A DNA stretch of 63,160 bases, filler included, from Globobulimina sp. (GCA_003354225.1; 52 parts of 52 records of this genome joined end to end with filler, not necessarily neighbours in it); one strand, 5' to 3'. Positions 23,283-34,913 are shown, counted from the first letter of the whole stretch. The notes: generated from the sequence alone by a model not told the origin. Numbers and translations are program-made.

Positions 23283-24148
23283 CTAAATGTTCAATACTAC
23301 GCGCCACGACTCTCGACCTTCTTTACATATCTTATCAATATATTCTTTCTCAAAATGTGTGTCATGCTCTTTGTCATACGGCTCGCGCACAAAAATTGGA
23401 ATGTATCTGAATGAGCCATCCGGATTGGTTTGATGCAAAAAATTGGAGGTTATTTCATCTAACTGTTCTTTTTTAGCCTTAAATTGTTCCTCTCCGCTTT
23501 TTATTAAACCTGGTAAATCCACAAATGTTAATTCGGGCACTTTTGAATATTCAATGCGAACTTCGATGATAGTTTCGCTAAATTTATCTTCTTCTTTTAA
23601 TTTATCCATTTCTTCTACACATTTTGTGGTTAATTCCTCGATATTTCTACATCGGTTTCCGTCCACAGTAATTAATGGCTTGCTCATTTTCGGATTGTTT
23701 ACCAATTTAAACCTTTTTTTTTGCACACAAGAAAATCACACAAGTTACATAACATCACACAAGAAATGGCGAACCTTGTTGGGCATCGTGAAGCTGTGCC
23801 AGTTTTCATGATTCCAACGGGTATTTTAGCGGCTTGTGATACGGCAGATGTTTTGCCGGAGGATTGTAAGCCAATAAACACGAATTCAGGAATACTGATT
23901 TTGACATTGAATTGTTCCAAATCTTTTAAGGCCCCATACACTTTGGTATAACCATATTTATCCCACGCGGATCCCTCTGATGAACTCCATTCGAATTTCG
24001 ATGATTTAACACCGGAAATCTCAATATGTGCATATGAATCGGATGATAATTTTTCGCTTTTTTCTTCTTCTTCGGACTCAGACGATAACAAGTTCCCCTC
24101 ATTCAAAGGCGGATGATTCAATTTGGTTTCCTCTTCTTGAACAGCCAT
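23283..24148 (-). CDS. Dynamin-related GTPase, spliced (intron 23713-23774), apparently truncated
   Basis: G1 IGLQSSGKTS, G2 ASRCPT/RFKL across the intron, G3 FVDLPGL; no G4 TKxD before the stop. Confidence 0.85.
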
Positions 24149-24340
24149 TAGAGTTTTTGCTTTTAGTTCATTTCATCAATGAACATTTAAATTTTCTATT
24201 TTTACTAACATTTGAGTGCTTCACTTTGAAACTAAGTATGNNNNNNNNNNNNNNNNNNNNNNNNNNNNNNNNNNNNNNNNNNNNTTAATTAATTAANNNN
24301 NNNNNNNNNNNNNNNNNNNNNNNNNNNNNNNNNNNNNNNN

Positions 24341-25457
24341 CAAAATATTGAAAAATATAAGTTAAAGTTAGCAGAATTACCGCCTATGGACGAATATGTT
24401 TTGTTAAAGCAGAAAGTGACTATTCTTCAACATGAATTTTTAAATTATAATAATAATACGTCATTTATTGGCGGTACCGGCGATGATGTGGATTCCTTAT
24501 CGGTTTCGGTGAGTGTCGATACTTTATTTAATACGAAATTGCAGCAGTTACAGAGTGAACTAACGAGAGTCAAATTGGATTTACATTCGAAATCTGTACA
24601 GTTAACAACGTATAAAAATGATTATAATCGCACGAAGCAACAATATGAAGAGCAAAGAGTATTAATTGGCAAATTAGAAAATGATTTATCAAATAAGTTA
24701 GAAATAGAAAATAATGCAACTATCAGTATAAAAAAAGAAAGCAATAATAAATTGTTTAAGGTAATTTGCGTTTTTGTTGCATATAATATTCAGAAACAAC
24801 AATGGATAATACCTAAAGCCGTTATTTCTGAATTTGTGCGCAACTGAAACACAAATAAGATATTAAGCAATGACGAAGAGAAGAAAGTGAAAGAAGATAT
24901 GATTGATATCAATATAGATGATAACGAGAGGGATAATAATGATTATTCTGTGATGGAATTACCACATAAATCCGTACAAAAAGAGCAAACAAAGGAAAAA
25001 GAAGAGGGTAATTCTGCTTTTTTGATAGTGTGTGAGCAGAGGGATCGGTTTAGGAATAAATTACAAACATTGGAAGCATCGAAGATAAGAATTGAGTCGA
25101 AATTGGATAAATTGAGTGCGGATAATACGCAGTTAAAGCAAGAGAATGTGGCATTGTACTCAAAGATTAAATTTTTGGAGGATTATAATAATGTGAAAAG
25201 GACACAGAATAATATGCTGACCATAGCCAACCGGATGAAGAAAGGCGAAGAGATTGAGATGAAATATGAAGGATTGTACGAAGAGTCTATGAATCCGTTC
25301 GCGCAGTTTCGGAGCAGGGAGAGGGACATTCGCATCAATTCATTGGATTGGACAGAATGGATTGCCTTTGTGGTTGGCAGTGCGGTGTTAAGCAAAAGGA
25401 CATTCCGGCTATTTGGTGTGTTTTATGCCATTGCGTTGCATTTATTGATATTCTTTA
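24341..25457 (+). CDS. CASP/Coy1-like golgin, C-terminal part (intron 24761-24859)
   Basis: EQRDRFR, ENVALYSKIKFLEDY, YEESMNPFAQF, and a C-terminal TM with Y..LH. Confidence 0.88.
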
Positions 25458-25557
25458 NNNNNNNNNNNNNNNNNNNNNNNNNNNNNNNNNNNNNNNNNNN
25501 NTTAATTAATTAANNNNNNNNNNNNNNNNNNNNNNNNNNNNNNNNNNNNNNNNNNNN

Positions 25558-26674
25558 TAATTAAAGCCACCCTTTGACTGAATCTGCAGGTCGATGCGGT
25601 CTCAAATAGGTACTTTATATCCAGTGACAATGTCGATGTCATAACAGTTTTGCAATTGCCACCCGAACTGTCTTTCAATGTGATGGTAATCATGGAATTT
25701 CTATATGGAATATGCTTTTGTTTTCAGTGCGTTGGAATGATAACTTGTTCTAAAAAATGCAATGACAAATTGATATATTTGGATTCCGTCAATATATTTC
25801 CGTGCAATCCGGATTTAGAAACTCTTTCTGAGCCGGCCAAGTCCACCAAATTTAACTTGCATCGCGTTATGGAATCAGAGCCGATTTGGTGTGTTTCTAT
25901 AAATATTGTGAATATACAATGTGACCGAGAGGAGGAATCATTGTTTGGTGTTTCGCAAATCATTCGATTGGTATCTCCGATGAATAAATAATTTAATGCT
26001 TCTTCTTCATTTGCTATATTCATCAAATTTATATTGGATAACGAAATGACACCGTTTTCATCTTCAAATAATTTGACTTTTGGCAAATCAGTCAAAAGTT
26101 TATTGTTTTCTTCATCTTCATTCAATAAATCATATCCTTCGTTGTTGTAGATCTCCAAATATGATATCTGAATCTGTTGACATTGGATACTCGGAATTAT
26201 TGTTTTTAAAAAATGAAGTATAATATACATAACTTTGTGGTTACATTCCTTATTTTCTTTGCATTTGTCAAATATATATGATATGGCTCTGGGTATCAAC
26301 CCTCTTTCATCATAGCTCGTTGTGCCGCCAGTCATTGTATACGTTTTGCCTGACCCTGTTTGTCCATATGCAAATATTGTGCCATTATAGCCATTTATTG
26401 TATTATTTATTATCGGCATTGCCATCGTCGAAAAGATATCGCTTTGTGTACTCTTCATATTGAATACTTTACGAAAAGAAAACTGATATTTCTCAATTGA
26501 ATTATCCACGTAACCTCCAATACGATCATCTTTTGGAACATTTAAATGCAGAAATTGCAAATTATTGTCGCTATGTTTGTCTGCCTGTTCATTTTCAATA
26601 ATTTCATATTCGCCTGTTCCATTCCGATGGATTTTTCTGAGGGCTGGGGGACGAATACGTGCATATACTAGAAT
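25558..26674 (-). CDS. KIF6: Kinesin-9 (KIF6-like) motor domain; in-frame intron 26174-26233; premature TGA at 25724-25726
   Basis: YARIRP, AYGQTGSGKTYT, GDTNRMICETP, SSRSHCIF, LVDLAGSER, YINLSLHFLEQVI, HIPYRNS. Confidence 0.85.
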
Positions 26675-27115
26675 NNNNNNNNNNNNNNNNNNNNNNNNNN
26701 NNNNNNNNNNNNNNNNNNTTAATTAATTAANNNNNNNNNNNNNNNNNNNNNNNNNNNNNNNNNNNNNNNNNNNNGAAACCAGAAATACGTACGGCAAACC
26801 TTAAAGTAGAGCGTCTGTCTTTGTACCAATTGGGTTGTAAACACCATTAATTTGCAAACACAATATGGACAAATAGAAACAATATACGGTCATATGACAA
26901 CGCTATACTGTCAGATAGAAACAATATAGGGTCAAATGGAAACAGTATTTGTAGACTTGCGAATATGTGCGGTTATTGTTTCAGTTGTACATACAACCTT
27001 GTTTTAGATTTATTGCATGGCTCTGAAAATTCTTGCCATATCTTCCTTGGCATAAGTTAGCAGTTATAGTAAAAGATGGCAGTAAAAAAAAATCATTAGC
27101 ATAAACTTTTTGACC

Positions 27116-27891
27116 ATGTCATACAAACAGAAAAAACAACAACGCAGCAAAGGCAAGAAACACAAAAAAGCACCTCAAAAAAATACAAAATATGCCCTTA
27201 AAAAAATGAGAAAACAAAAGAAAAGAAACAATTACAGCACAAGCAACAAAAAAAACAAAAAAAAGAAGCAAAACACCAACGAACCAACAGCACCCAATTA
27301 CCAATTATCTCTCAGTCCATTTTACTCATTTTCCAACCATTGGAGTTATTTAACGCGTCAATATTTATGTTTATCGACGTGGGGCACTTGCATGGGTGGC
27401 ATCAATGAGCAGTATGACGACTTATTAGATCAAGAAGCGTCTGGTCCTTTGGTGGAAGAGAACTATAAACAGGCACTGGCCAAATGGCGCCAAGAAAAGG
27501 CCAAACATGAAAAATATAACAGGGAGAATGCCAATAAATATGAACGCATCGCCGATGAGAAATTGAATGAAGCCTACAATGCAACCAATGAATATAACAG
27601 ATACAACGTGTATAATTATCCAAATTATAATAAAACTGTAAATAACAACTACTACGCTGCACCGCCACCAAAAGCGTATAACCAGCCACCTGTTCTACCA
27701 CCACAGCCACGGCAAATGCCGATGCAGAGCCAAACACAAACTAATATTGCATATCAAGAACAACATCGCTGTCCAGAATATACGTATAAACCCACAGTGA
27801 CTGAAATAAATCGCAATATACAGAAAGAAAAGCGAGAGAGCGCCATCTCCGATACCTACCAAGATACGGAAAATAATTACATTCCCGCAGC
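27116..27891 (+). CDS. Hypothetical low-complexity protein (Lys-rich N-terminus, Pro/Gln-rich), partial
   Basis: Long ORF with no domain recognised. Confidence 0.45.
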
Positions 27892-28398
27892 NNNNNNNNN
27901 NNNNNNNNNNNNNNNNNNNNNNNNNNNNNNNNNNNTTAATTAATTAANNNNNNNNNNNNNNNNNNNNNNNNNNNNNNNNNNNNNNNNNNNNATTTCACAA
28001 AACAAAAGAATAAGCTTGATAAACAATTCTATTGCAAAACTTGATAAAACAACCTGTTTACATAGAAAGTTATTTGTTAAACATGTATTACATAAGTTAA
28101 TCAATAATATTTAAGATTCGACTGTAATAAGCGTGACCAAGTATTTATTTATTTTTCATTTAGCACTTTACTCACCATCGTTGTAAATTATTACATAAAC
28201 ATTAGCATCTCATAAATTATGTAATATATAGTAACAAAATAATGCGCATAGCCACCTACTAATAATCTAATTTATATTTGCTAATTACTGTTATAAGACA
28301 ACAATATTACAGCAGCGACAGAAAAAATAAGGGGATTTTCAAAAATAACAATATTTATAAATAAAAAAAATATATAAAATCAACAGTGAAAGTTAACG

Positions 28399-28507
28399 GA
28401 TGAGACAGTGATTTTCACTGTCACCAAGACATTAACAATAACAAGAAGCTTATTACGAATAAATTGCTCAGCAAGGTCAATTGATGAGACAGTGATTTTC
28501 ACTGTCA
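28399..28507 (+). repeat. Direct repeat, period 84 bp, each copy palindromic
   Basis: GATGAGACAGTGATTTTCACTGTCA x2; GACAGTGA-TTT-TCACTGTC. Confidence 0.8.
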
Positions 28508-29370
28508 TCAGCATATTAACAATACTGATAGTACAAAGATCTGACCTGAATTTCATCACAACAAAAGATGATGAATATCTGCAGCATTTCTGACATTCGT
28601 CATATTTTGAATCAAGGCAACTTCTGCTGACTGAGCCCAAGATAACGCTGCTTTATCGTATGCTACCCATCTAGCTGCTACAATAGGATTCGGGATGGTG
28701 AATATGTGCTCGACATTAACTGAAAGTAGTACTGTAAATCAAAAGTCCACACTTGAATGTAATAAATTACTGTACCAAGAGAGTCATTCGGAAATATGTT
28801 CAAACCAAAAGGATGCTTCATAATTGTTAGTCCACAAGATGTCACAACACACTTTCCGGTTTCCTTGTAGGTTGTAGTGCATAATTTTTTCTTCATGAAC
28901 TTGGTATTTGCTGGCATGTACCTGAAATAAATATACAAATATGTAATATATGCGAAAGATAAATGTAAAATAAAAAATTTACCTCATTAGTAAATTGTGC
29001 AATTTCATGTGAAAACCCTTTTGAGGTGAATCTCTTATTAGGGCGGACAATGCTAATTTAAAGGAATTAATTCGGGAAATCAGACCATCAGTAACTGAAA
29101 AAATACATNNNNNNNNNNNNNNNNNNNNNNNNNNNNNNNNNNNNNNNNNNNNTTAATTAATTAANNNNNNNNNNNNNNNNNNNNNNNNNNNNNNNNNNNN
29201 NNNNNNNNAGATGTTCCAAAGGGACGTGAATCACTTTTTAGAACGCTTGCAGCTAAAGCCCTTCGGTAGTAAACAAAGAGGCTTTTTCGAATGTTTAACC
29301 TCCGAACTTAGTTAGTCTTTCTCTAATGGATGCTTTGCTGAGCAAAGCGAGTCATATGGATTAGAGCAAT

Positions 29371-29560
29371 TTATTATGATATCTATCGCGGCGACGGAGT
29401 CGCCTCATTGGAAACAGATTTTATTTTGGTATCTATAGATTATGGTATTTATGGATTATTGTATTTACGAAGTCGCCTTATCGGTCGAAACCGATTTTAT
29501 TATGGTATTTATGGGCGGCGACGAAGTCGCCTCATCGGTCGAAACCGATTTTATTTGGTA
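29371..29560 (+). repeat. Three copies of a double-hairpin unit
   Basis: GGCGAC-G[GA]A-GTCGCC followed by ATCGGT-CGAA-ACCGAT. Confidence 0.8.
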
Positions 29561-29671
29561 TGGATGCGGATGTGTAGGTGGATGAGGATGTGGCGGATGT
29601 GCAGATGGCAGATGTGTAGGAGCGTGAAGGCGGTGGAGGAGGTTATAAAGGAGGAGGAAGAGGCTATTATT

Positions 29672-29736
29672 GTGATGATAGCTCATTGAGAGCATCTTAA
29701 AGAATATTTGGGTTCAAATCCCATCATCACATTTTT
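29672..29736 (+). ncRNA. Miniature tRNA-like element (60 nt) followed by an oligo-T tract
   Basis: Perfect 7-bp acceptor GTGATGA/TCATCAC+A; GCTC-ATTGA-GAGC; vestigial TCT-TAA-AGA arm; TGGG-TTCAAAT-CCCA; then TTTTT. Confidence 0.65.
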
Positions 29737-29804
29737 CTATTTATTTTTTGTAATTTATTCTCTGCTTTTTGAGTCTTAAATTTCTGTTTTTTTAACTACA
29801 TATA

Positions 29805-30290
29805 ATGGCAACTATTCCGCTCCTTTCTGTCCGTGTAGCACCATTAAGTGGCAAAATATCATGGGCCACATATCAATCAATAACTATCAAACTGAACCAA
29901 ACATCGTATACATTCACCATCCAAACAACGCGATGGTTTGCTTTTGCAGAAAATCTTTTGTATAAACCGTGGCGAATTGTGATGAGAAAACAATACCAAT
30001 GGGTTGGTCATGTTGTTGCTGAATTTGAAAAGAAATCAGATGCAATTAATGCATTAATCGAAATCAAACAGTTATTTGATACAGAATTTGAGAAATTTAT
30101 CAATAACATTTCTGATTTAAAGCATGGCGATGTTCTTTCTGTTCCCACCAAAATGATGCCGGGAGGTGGTCTAAGACATTTTGGTATATTCGATGAAGAA
30201 AATAACCAAGTAATTGAGTATCAGCCAGATATCGCTACATCGGGTACAGTCCACATATCTCATTTTTTCTTTCGTCCACTGTCCACATAA
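29805..30290 (+). CDS. Protein with LRAT/H-rev107 (permuted NlpC/P60)-like His box, first exon(s)
   Basis: LKHGDVLSV...LRHFGIFD...VIEY. Confidence 0.5.
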   Translation: MATIPLLSVRVAPLSGKISWATYQSITIKLNQTSYTFTIQTTRWFAFAENLLYKPWRIVMRKQYQWVGHVVAEFEKKSDAINALIEIKQLFDTEFEKFINNISDLKHGDVLSVPTKMMPGGGLRHFGIFDEENNQVIEYQPDIATSGTVHISHFFFRPLST

Positions 30291-30513
30291 CTCATTATGT
30301 AATATGCAGCAACCTGCAAAGGCATNNNNNNNNNNNNNNNNNNNNNNNNNNNNNNNNNNNNNNNNNNNNTTAATTAATTAANNNNNNNNNNNNNNNNNNN
30401 NNNNNNNNNNNNNNNNNNNNNNNNNGTATGTGGCATACTGTGAATTGAATTGAATTGAATTGAATTGATATTATATATATTATATTATCTAAAAAAAAAT
30501 AAAATAAAATTAG

Positions 30514-31471
30514 AAAATTTTCAGATTATTATATAAATGGTGAACGCATAGGATCGGGTACTTTTGCAACGGTGAAACGTTGTACACGGAAATCTGACAA
30601 GAAAGAGTTTGCAGTGAAAATCATAGATAAAAGACATTTAACAGGGAGAGAATTGGTAGGATTAAAAGACGAAATAAGAATATTAAAATCCATGGAATTC
30701 CCACATGTGATACCAATGATAGATGTATTTGACGACGGTCGACGCGTAAAAATGGTATTGGAATTATGCGAAGGCGGCGATTTATTCGATCAAATACTTA
30801 AATCACCAAAGAGACATTTTGAAGAAGACAAATGTGCGCGAATCACATGTATCATAGCTAGGTCGCTCAAATATTTACATGATCATTATGTGGTACATCG
30901 AGACTTGAAACCCGAAAATATATTATTTACAAAAGACGGCATATTAAAAATCACTGATTTTGGGCTCGCGCATTATTTAAAATTGCCGCCCTCTTTGCAT
31001 GTCATGCATACTTGCTGCGGTACGCCGCATTATGTGGCCCCGGAGGTATTATCAAGCAATGAATATTCGCACGAGGTCGACTTATGGTCACTTGGCGTGA
31101 TTTTATATATTATGTTATCGGGATATCAACCGTTTAATTCCCATTCCATCCATGCTATGTATGGAATGATCATCAGAGGTCAATATAAATTCCCCTCTCC
31201 GCATTGGGACAATATATCCGATGCTGCAAAGGATTTAGTTAAGCATTTAATGTCTGTGGATGCCAAAAAACGATATACTGTTCAACAAATTATTAAACAT
31301 CCTTGGATTTTAAAACACGTCGACTTAAAAAAATTACAAGTTCATGAAGAGAAATTATTAAAACAACAGAAAGCATTAATTATATCCTATCATAGCAATC
31401 AACCTCTACCGCAAACGCAAAATGATAATAACGATAATCCGCAGCAACAAGAAGAGGAAAAAAATGAATGA
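30514..31471 (+). CDS. CAMK-group Ser/Thr protein kinase (last exon)
   Basis: IGSGTFATV, FAVKII, HRDLKPEN, DFG, CGTPHYVAPE, DLWSLGVI; intron from 30426 to 30513. Confidence 0.96.
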
Positions 31472-31642
31472 ATGATAATCATTAATAATTAATTCTGCTT
31501 TTTTTTTTTACTTTTTTGTGTCTTGTTTTTTTTGGTTCAACGNNNNNNNNNNNNNNNNNNNNNNNNNNNNNNNNNNNNNNNNNNNNTTAATTAATTAANN
31601 NNNNNNNNNNNNNNNNNNNNNNNNNNNNNNNNNNNNNNNNNN

Positions 31643-32032
31643 AACTTGACTGCTAAATCTGTTATTATTTGAAAATGACATGCTGTAGAAAGGAGTCCTG
31701 GACATGGCACCAATTGAAAAGTTCCCAACCGGGCCTACGATATTTGTCTGATAACCAAATCTGTCCAAATAATCCACCAATTCTTTATAGGTTACACCAG
31801 CTTCAACCTCTACAGTGTCTGCATCCAATATTTTGATGTTTTTCATTTTATATAAGCTCATTCCAATTTGATGCTGATCAGGTAACATAATGCCAGATTG
31901 ACATTTTTTTGCACCAACAACTTTGATTTTTCTTTGCTGATTGTTTTTTATTATTTGAATGATGTCATAGGCATTTTGTGGTTCGTAATAAATAATATTT
32001 TCAACAGCCAGTTTATTTTGATGCGTTTGCAT
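31643..32032 (-). CDS. FAD-binding (aldonolactone oxidase-like, FAD_binding_4) protein, N-terminal part
   Basis: IKVVGA, VEVEAGVTYKELVDYL, FSIGA; the flavinylation His is not seen. Confidence 0.75.
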
Positions 32033-32261
32033 ATTGTTTTTTGTTTTTGAAGCAAAATTTAGCGATAATTTCTATAATTAGCTAAATTCTGTCAATAATA
32101 TTAGCTAAAATTAGGTGTATTTAATGACAGTTACATTTCAGCATATGTGAACATAGAATAGTTATATCGCGACGAAAGAGTGAGATTGCTGGCAGTGCCA
32201 GCTTGATTAACTTGATGTGAGTTATCCCGTAGGGGGTGTATCCGAACTCTAGTTTAGTTGA

Positions 32262-32759
32262 ATGGGTGCGTGTATCACATCAGATGAAAGACACACAGAT
32301 GAAACCAAACAATTTCAACAATTGATGGGATTGATGGTAAGTTAAGAGATGAGAGTCGCAGAAACCGTTGGAATGTGAAAACGATTATTTTAGGAACAGG
32401 TTCTGGTGGTAAGACAACAATATTCCAACAATTAGATTTTTTACTAAATGCTGGACAAAATGCAAAAGCTACGTGCAATAATAATAAAGTCATCCAACAA
32501 AATTGTATAAATAATATTATCACTTTGTTAGAGCTGATGGGAGACAATAAACCAATTATAGACTCATTGCACAATTTATCAATCCATAATGTTCAACATT
32601 TACACAGCATAGCAACTATAATTACAGATGTTTGGCAGCAGGAAACAGTTAAAATAAAATTTATGTTCAGGTATTTTTATGCAACGAATGGATTTTTTGT
32701 ACATGATAATATTCATTACTTTTTTGATAAAATACATGAAATAATGGATTTGGACTACA
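32262..32759 (+). pseudogene. Divergent G-protein alpha subunit with a 1-nt frameshift near 32310 (partial)
   Basis: MGAC start at 32262; next frame gives IDGKLRDE..VKTIILGTGSGGKTTIFQQL..ITDVW..NIHYFFDKIHEIMDLDY. Confidence 0.75.
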
Positions 32760-33700
32760 NNNNNNNNNNNNNNNNNNNNNNNNNNNNNNNNNNNNNNNNN
32801 NNNTTAATTAATTAANNNNNNNNNNNNNNNNNNNNNNNNNNNNNNNNNNNNNNNNNNNNCTTTCCATTTGTATACATCTGACCTGACAATATTTTGGAGA
32901 TGTAATCGAATATATTGCTTTGTTTTGTTCTTTGTTCTTTGTTTTGTTCTTTGTATTTATTTGCATTAATCATTTTAAAATGCCATTCATAGACACAATC
33001 AACATTGCAATCAATCAGCATAGTTCCATACAGTGTACACATTCAAATTGGTAAACATTGTGTGGCATTGTTATTGTGTCTTTAGTTTCGTTCAATGTCA
33101 TATTTGCGCCGTCAACACCAAACATTTCTGCTTGGAACTAAATTAAAACCGCATTGCAATAAATGTCACTAACGAAGGAATATTAATATTAAAATAGGCA
33201 GAATGTGTAGGCAGCAATTCCTGTGCTTCTCTCAATTATCCAAATACTAAACATTTGGTCATTCGGGGTACGAGTTCCAACCAATCATAACGAGTTGACA
33301 TGTTTATTTACGAGTTGACATGTGTTCATCCTAAACAAAATCAATTAAACGTCGAATATTTCATTAATGGCATCAACGACATTTTTGCTCTTGGCCTCGA
33401 GGTTTATAAATAATACCGCGTCGGCAGTGGTATTTGTATTGATTGCTGTTTCATCGATAATGTCATTTATGATTCCATCAATTTCAGCGTCTGCGTCTTG
33501 GTGCGATACATATTTATCCTCGACAGGCTCTGCGTTTTCATTATGTTTTTATTTTGATTAATTTGGTACATCAATCAATGCGGATATGTGTTGAATGAGA
33601 ACGCTGATGTAAAAAGATGTTTTTTTTGTGTGTGAAATTTCTAGAAAAGGACAACTGTTATTTTTCCATTTAAGCGAACCTTGGAATAAATTATAATTAT

Positions 33701-33976
33701 TTAAGGGAGTTCATAACATTCTATACAACAATGTTTCATTCCAGATGGATAACTGGAATGTGATTGGTGATATAATGCAAGTTTTCGTTGATCTTCATTC
33801 TCATTTCCATTTAATTCAACAATTGCTGTTCCTGATAATGGCACACCATCACTTGCATTATTATTTTTATATAAATATAGACCACAACTATAATTATTAC
33901 ATAACTCTCGATTTCCAAATTTGAAATGATAATACATCCACCAATTATTAGCTCGTGTTCCATGTCCAATAAACGA
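33701..33976 (-). CDS. Hypothetical protein, C-terminal fragment
   Basis: Frame open to the contig edge; beta-rich composition. Confidence 0.3.
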   Translation of the reverse strand, partial: SFIGHGTRANNWWMYYHFKFGNRELCNNYSCGLYLYKNNNASDGVPLSGTAIVELNGNENEDQRKLALYHQSHSSYPSGMKHCCIECYELP

Positions 33977-34148
33977 NNNNNNNNNNNNNNNNNNNNNNNN
34001 NNNNNNNNNNNNNNNNNNNNTTAATTAATTAANNNNNNNNNNNNNNNNNNNNNNNNNNNNNNNNNNNNNNNNNNNNTCAAGATCAGTATTTATTATAATT
34101 ATTAATTTAGTTTCTTTTGGGGGTGCTTTGTGTTCTAATTTCTAAACT

Positions 34149-34913
34149 TTAATTATCTTTGCAGGCTTTGCATTCTTTGTTGTTGAGTCTATTTAGTCTC
34201 TGATTCATTAATTCTGCATCCAAACTCTTCCCAATTTGAGTTTTAAAGACACCTCGAGTTCCTTTAAAAAAACCACTTAAATTAATTAATTTATTCTCCA
34301 TTGACTTCTCATACTCTTCAGCCTGTACAATCATATCCAGTTTGTCTAAATCTTTAACAACATGCGATTCCAATGTTTTTTGCTCTTCATATTCCATCCA
34401 TAAATCATACATTTCCTTTCCAACAACACTTCCGTTCAGATATTCATCTCGGATTTGTACAATTGAATTATACTCCAATTCATGTTTTTTCTCCTTGCTC
34501 ACTCCGGATATTTTCTCAATTGGTATAATATCGCCACAAATACATTCAATAATATCATGAACCAACGACATTTTGATAACTTTATTTGCATCCAACTGCA
34601 CTTTATTTTGCTTGTCATAATTGTTGAATTGATCGGAAAATATCCAGCCTAAAATGCTCATTCTATACATATGATCTGCGATAGATTCAGGTTTATGAAC
34701 ATTCTTTGTAACCCAACCAGATCTTTCAGTCTTTTTTAAATTTCCAACTAAATACGCAAATTCTAACAATGATGACGGAGACAATTTACATGATTTATTC
34801 ACAGGTTTGAATCCGTTGTGCGTTTTTGATGGAATTTGATGTGAATACCACATATAAATACTGAATAAAATACTAAAGCAAACACATACAACGGCTGCAA
34901 TGTTTGACCACAT
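34149..34913 (-). CDS. HDDC2: HD-domain 5'-deoxynucleotidase (HDDC2/YGK1-like) with N-terminal hydrophobic anchor
   Basis: LKKTERSGWV, ESIADHMYRM, LVHDIIE..GDI, LWMEYE, VKDLDKLDMIVQAEEYE. Confidence 0.92.
   Translation of the reverse strand: MWSNIAAVVCVCFSILFSIYMWYSHQIPSKTHNGFKPVNKSCKLSPSSLLEFAYLVGNLKKTERSGWVTKNVHKPESIADHMYRMSILGWIFSDQFNNYDKQNKVQLDANKVIKMSLVHDIIECICGDIIPIEKISGVSKEKKHELEYNSIVQIRDEYLNGSVVGKEMYDLWMEYEEQKTLESHVVKDLDKLDMIVQAEEYEKSMENKLINLSGFFKGTRGVFKTQIGKSLDAELMNQRLNRLNNKECKACKDN

Noticed and set aside
25724-25726. Alternative genetic code (TGA as sense)
   Set aside because: TGA terminates intact genes here (36767, 31469), and other breaks are indels
26174-26233. 20-aa insertion in the kinesin motor
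   Set aside because: It is a 60-nt stop-free GT-AG intron
29371-29560. Hairpin repeats as a CRISPR array
   Set aside because: Only three imperfect copies, and the intervening sequences are related to one another
32860-33600. Possible SPRY-like and acidic coding remnants
   Set aside because: Too fragmented to support a call
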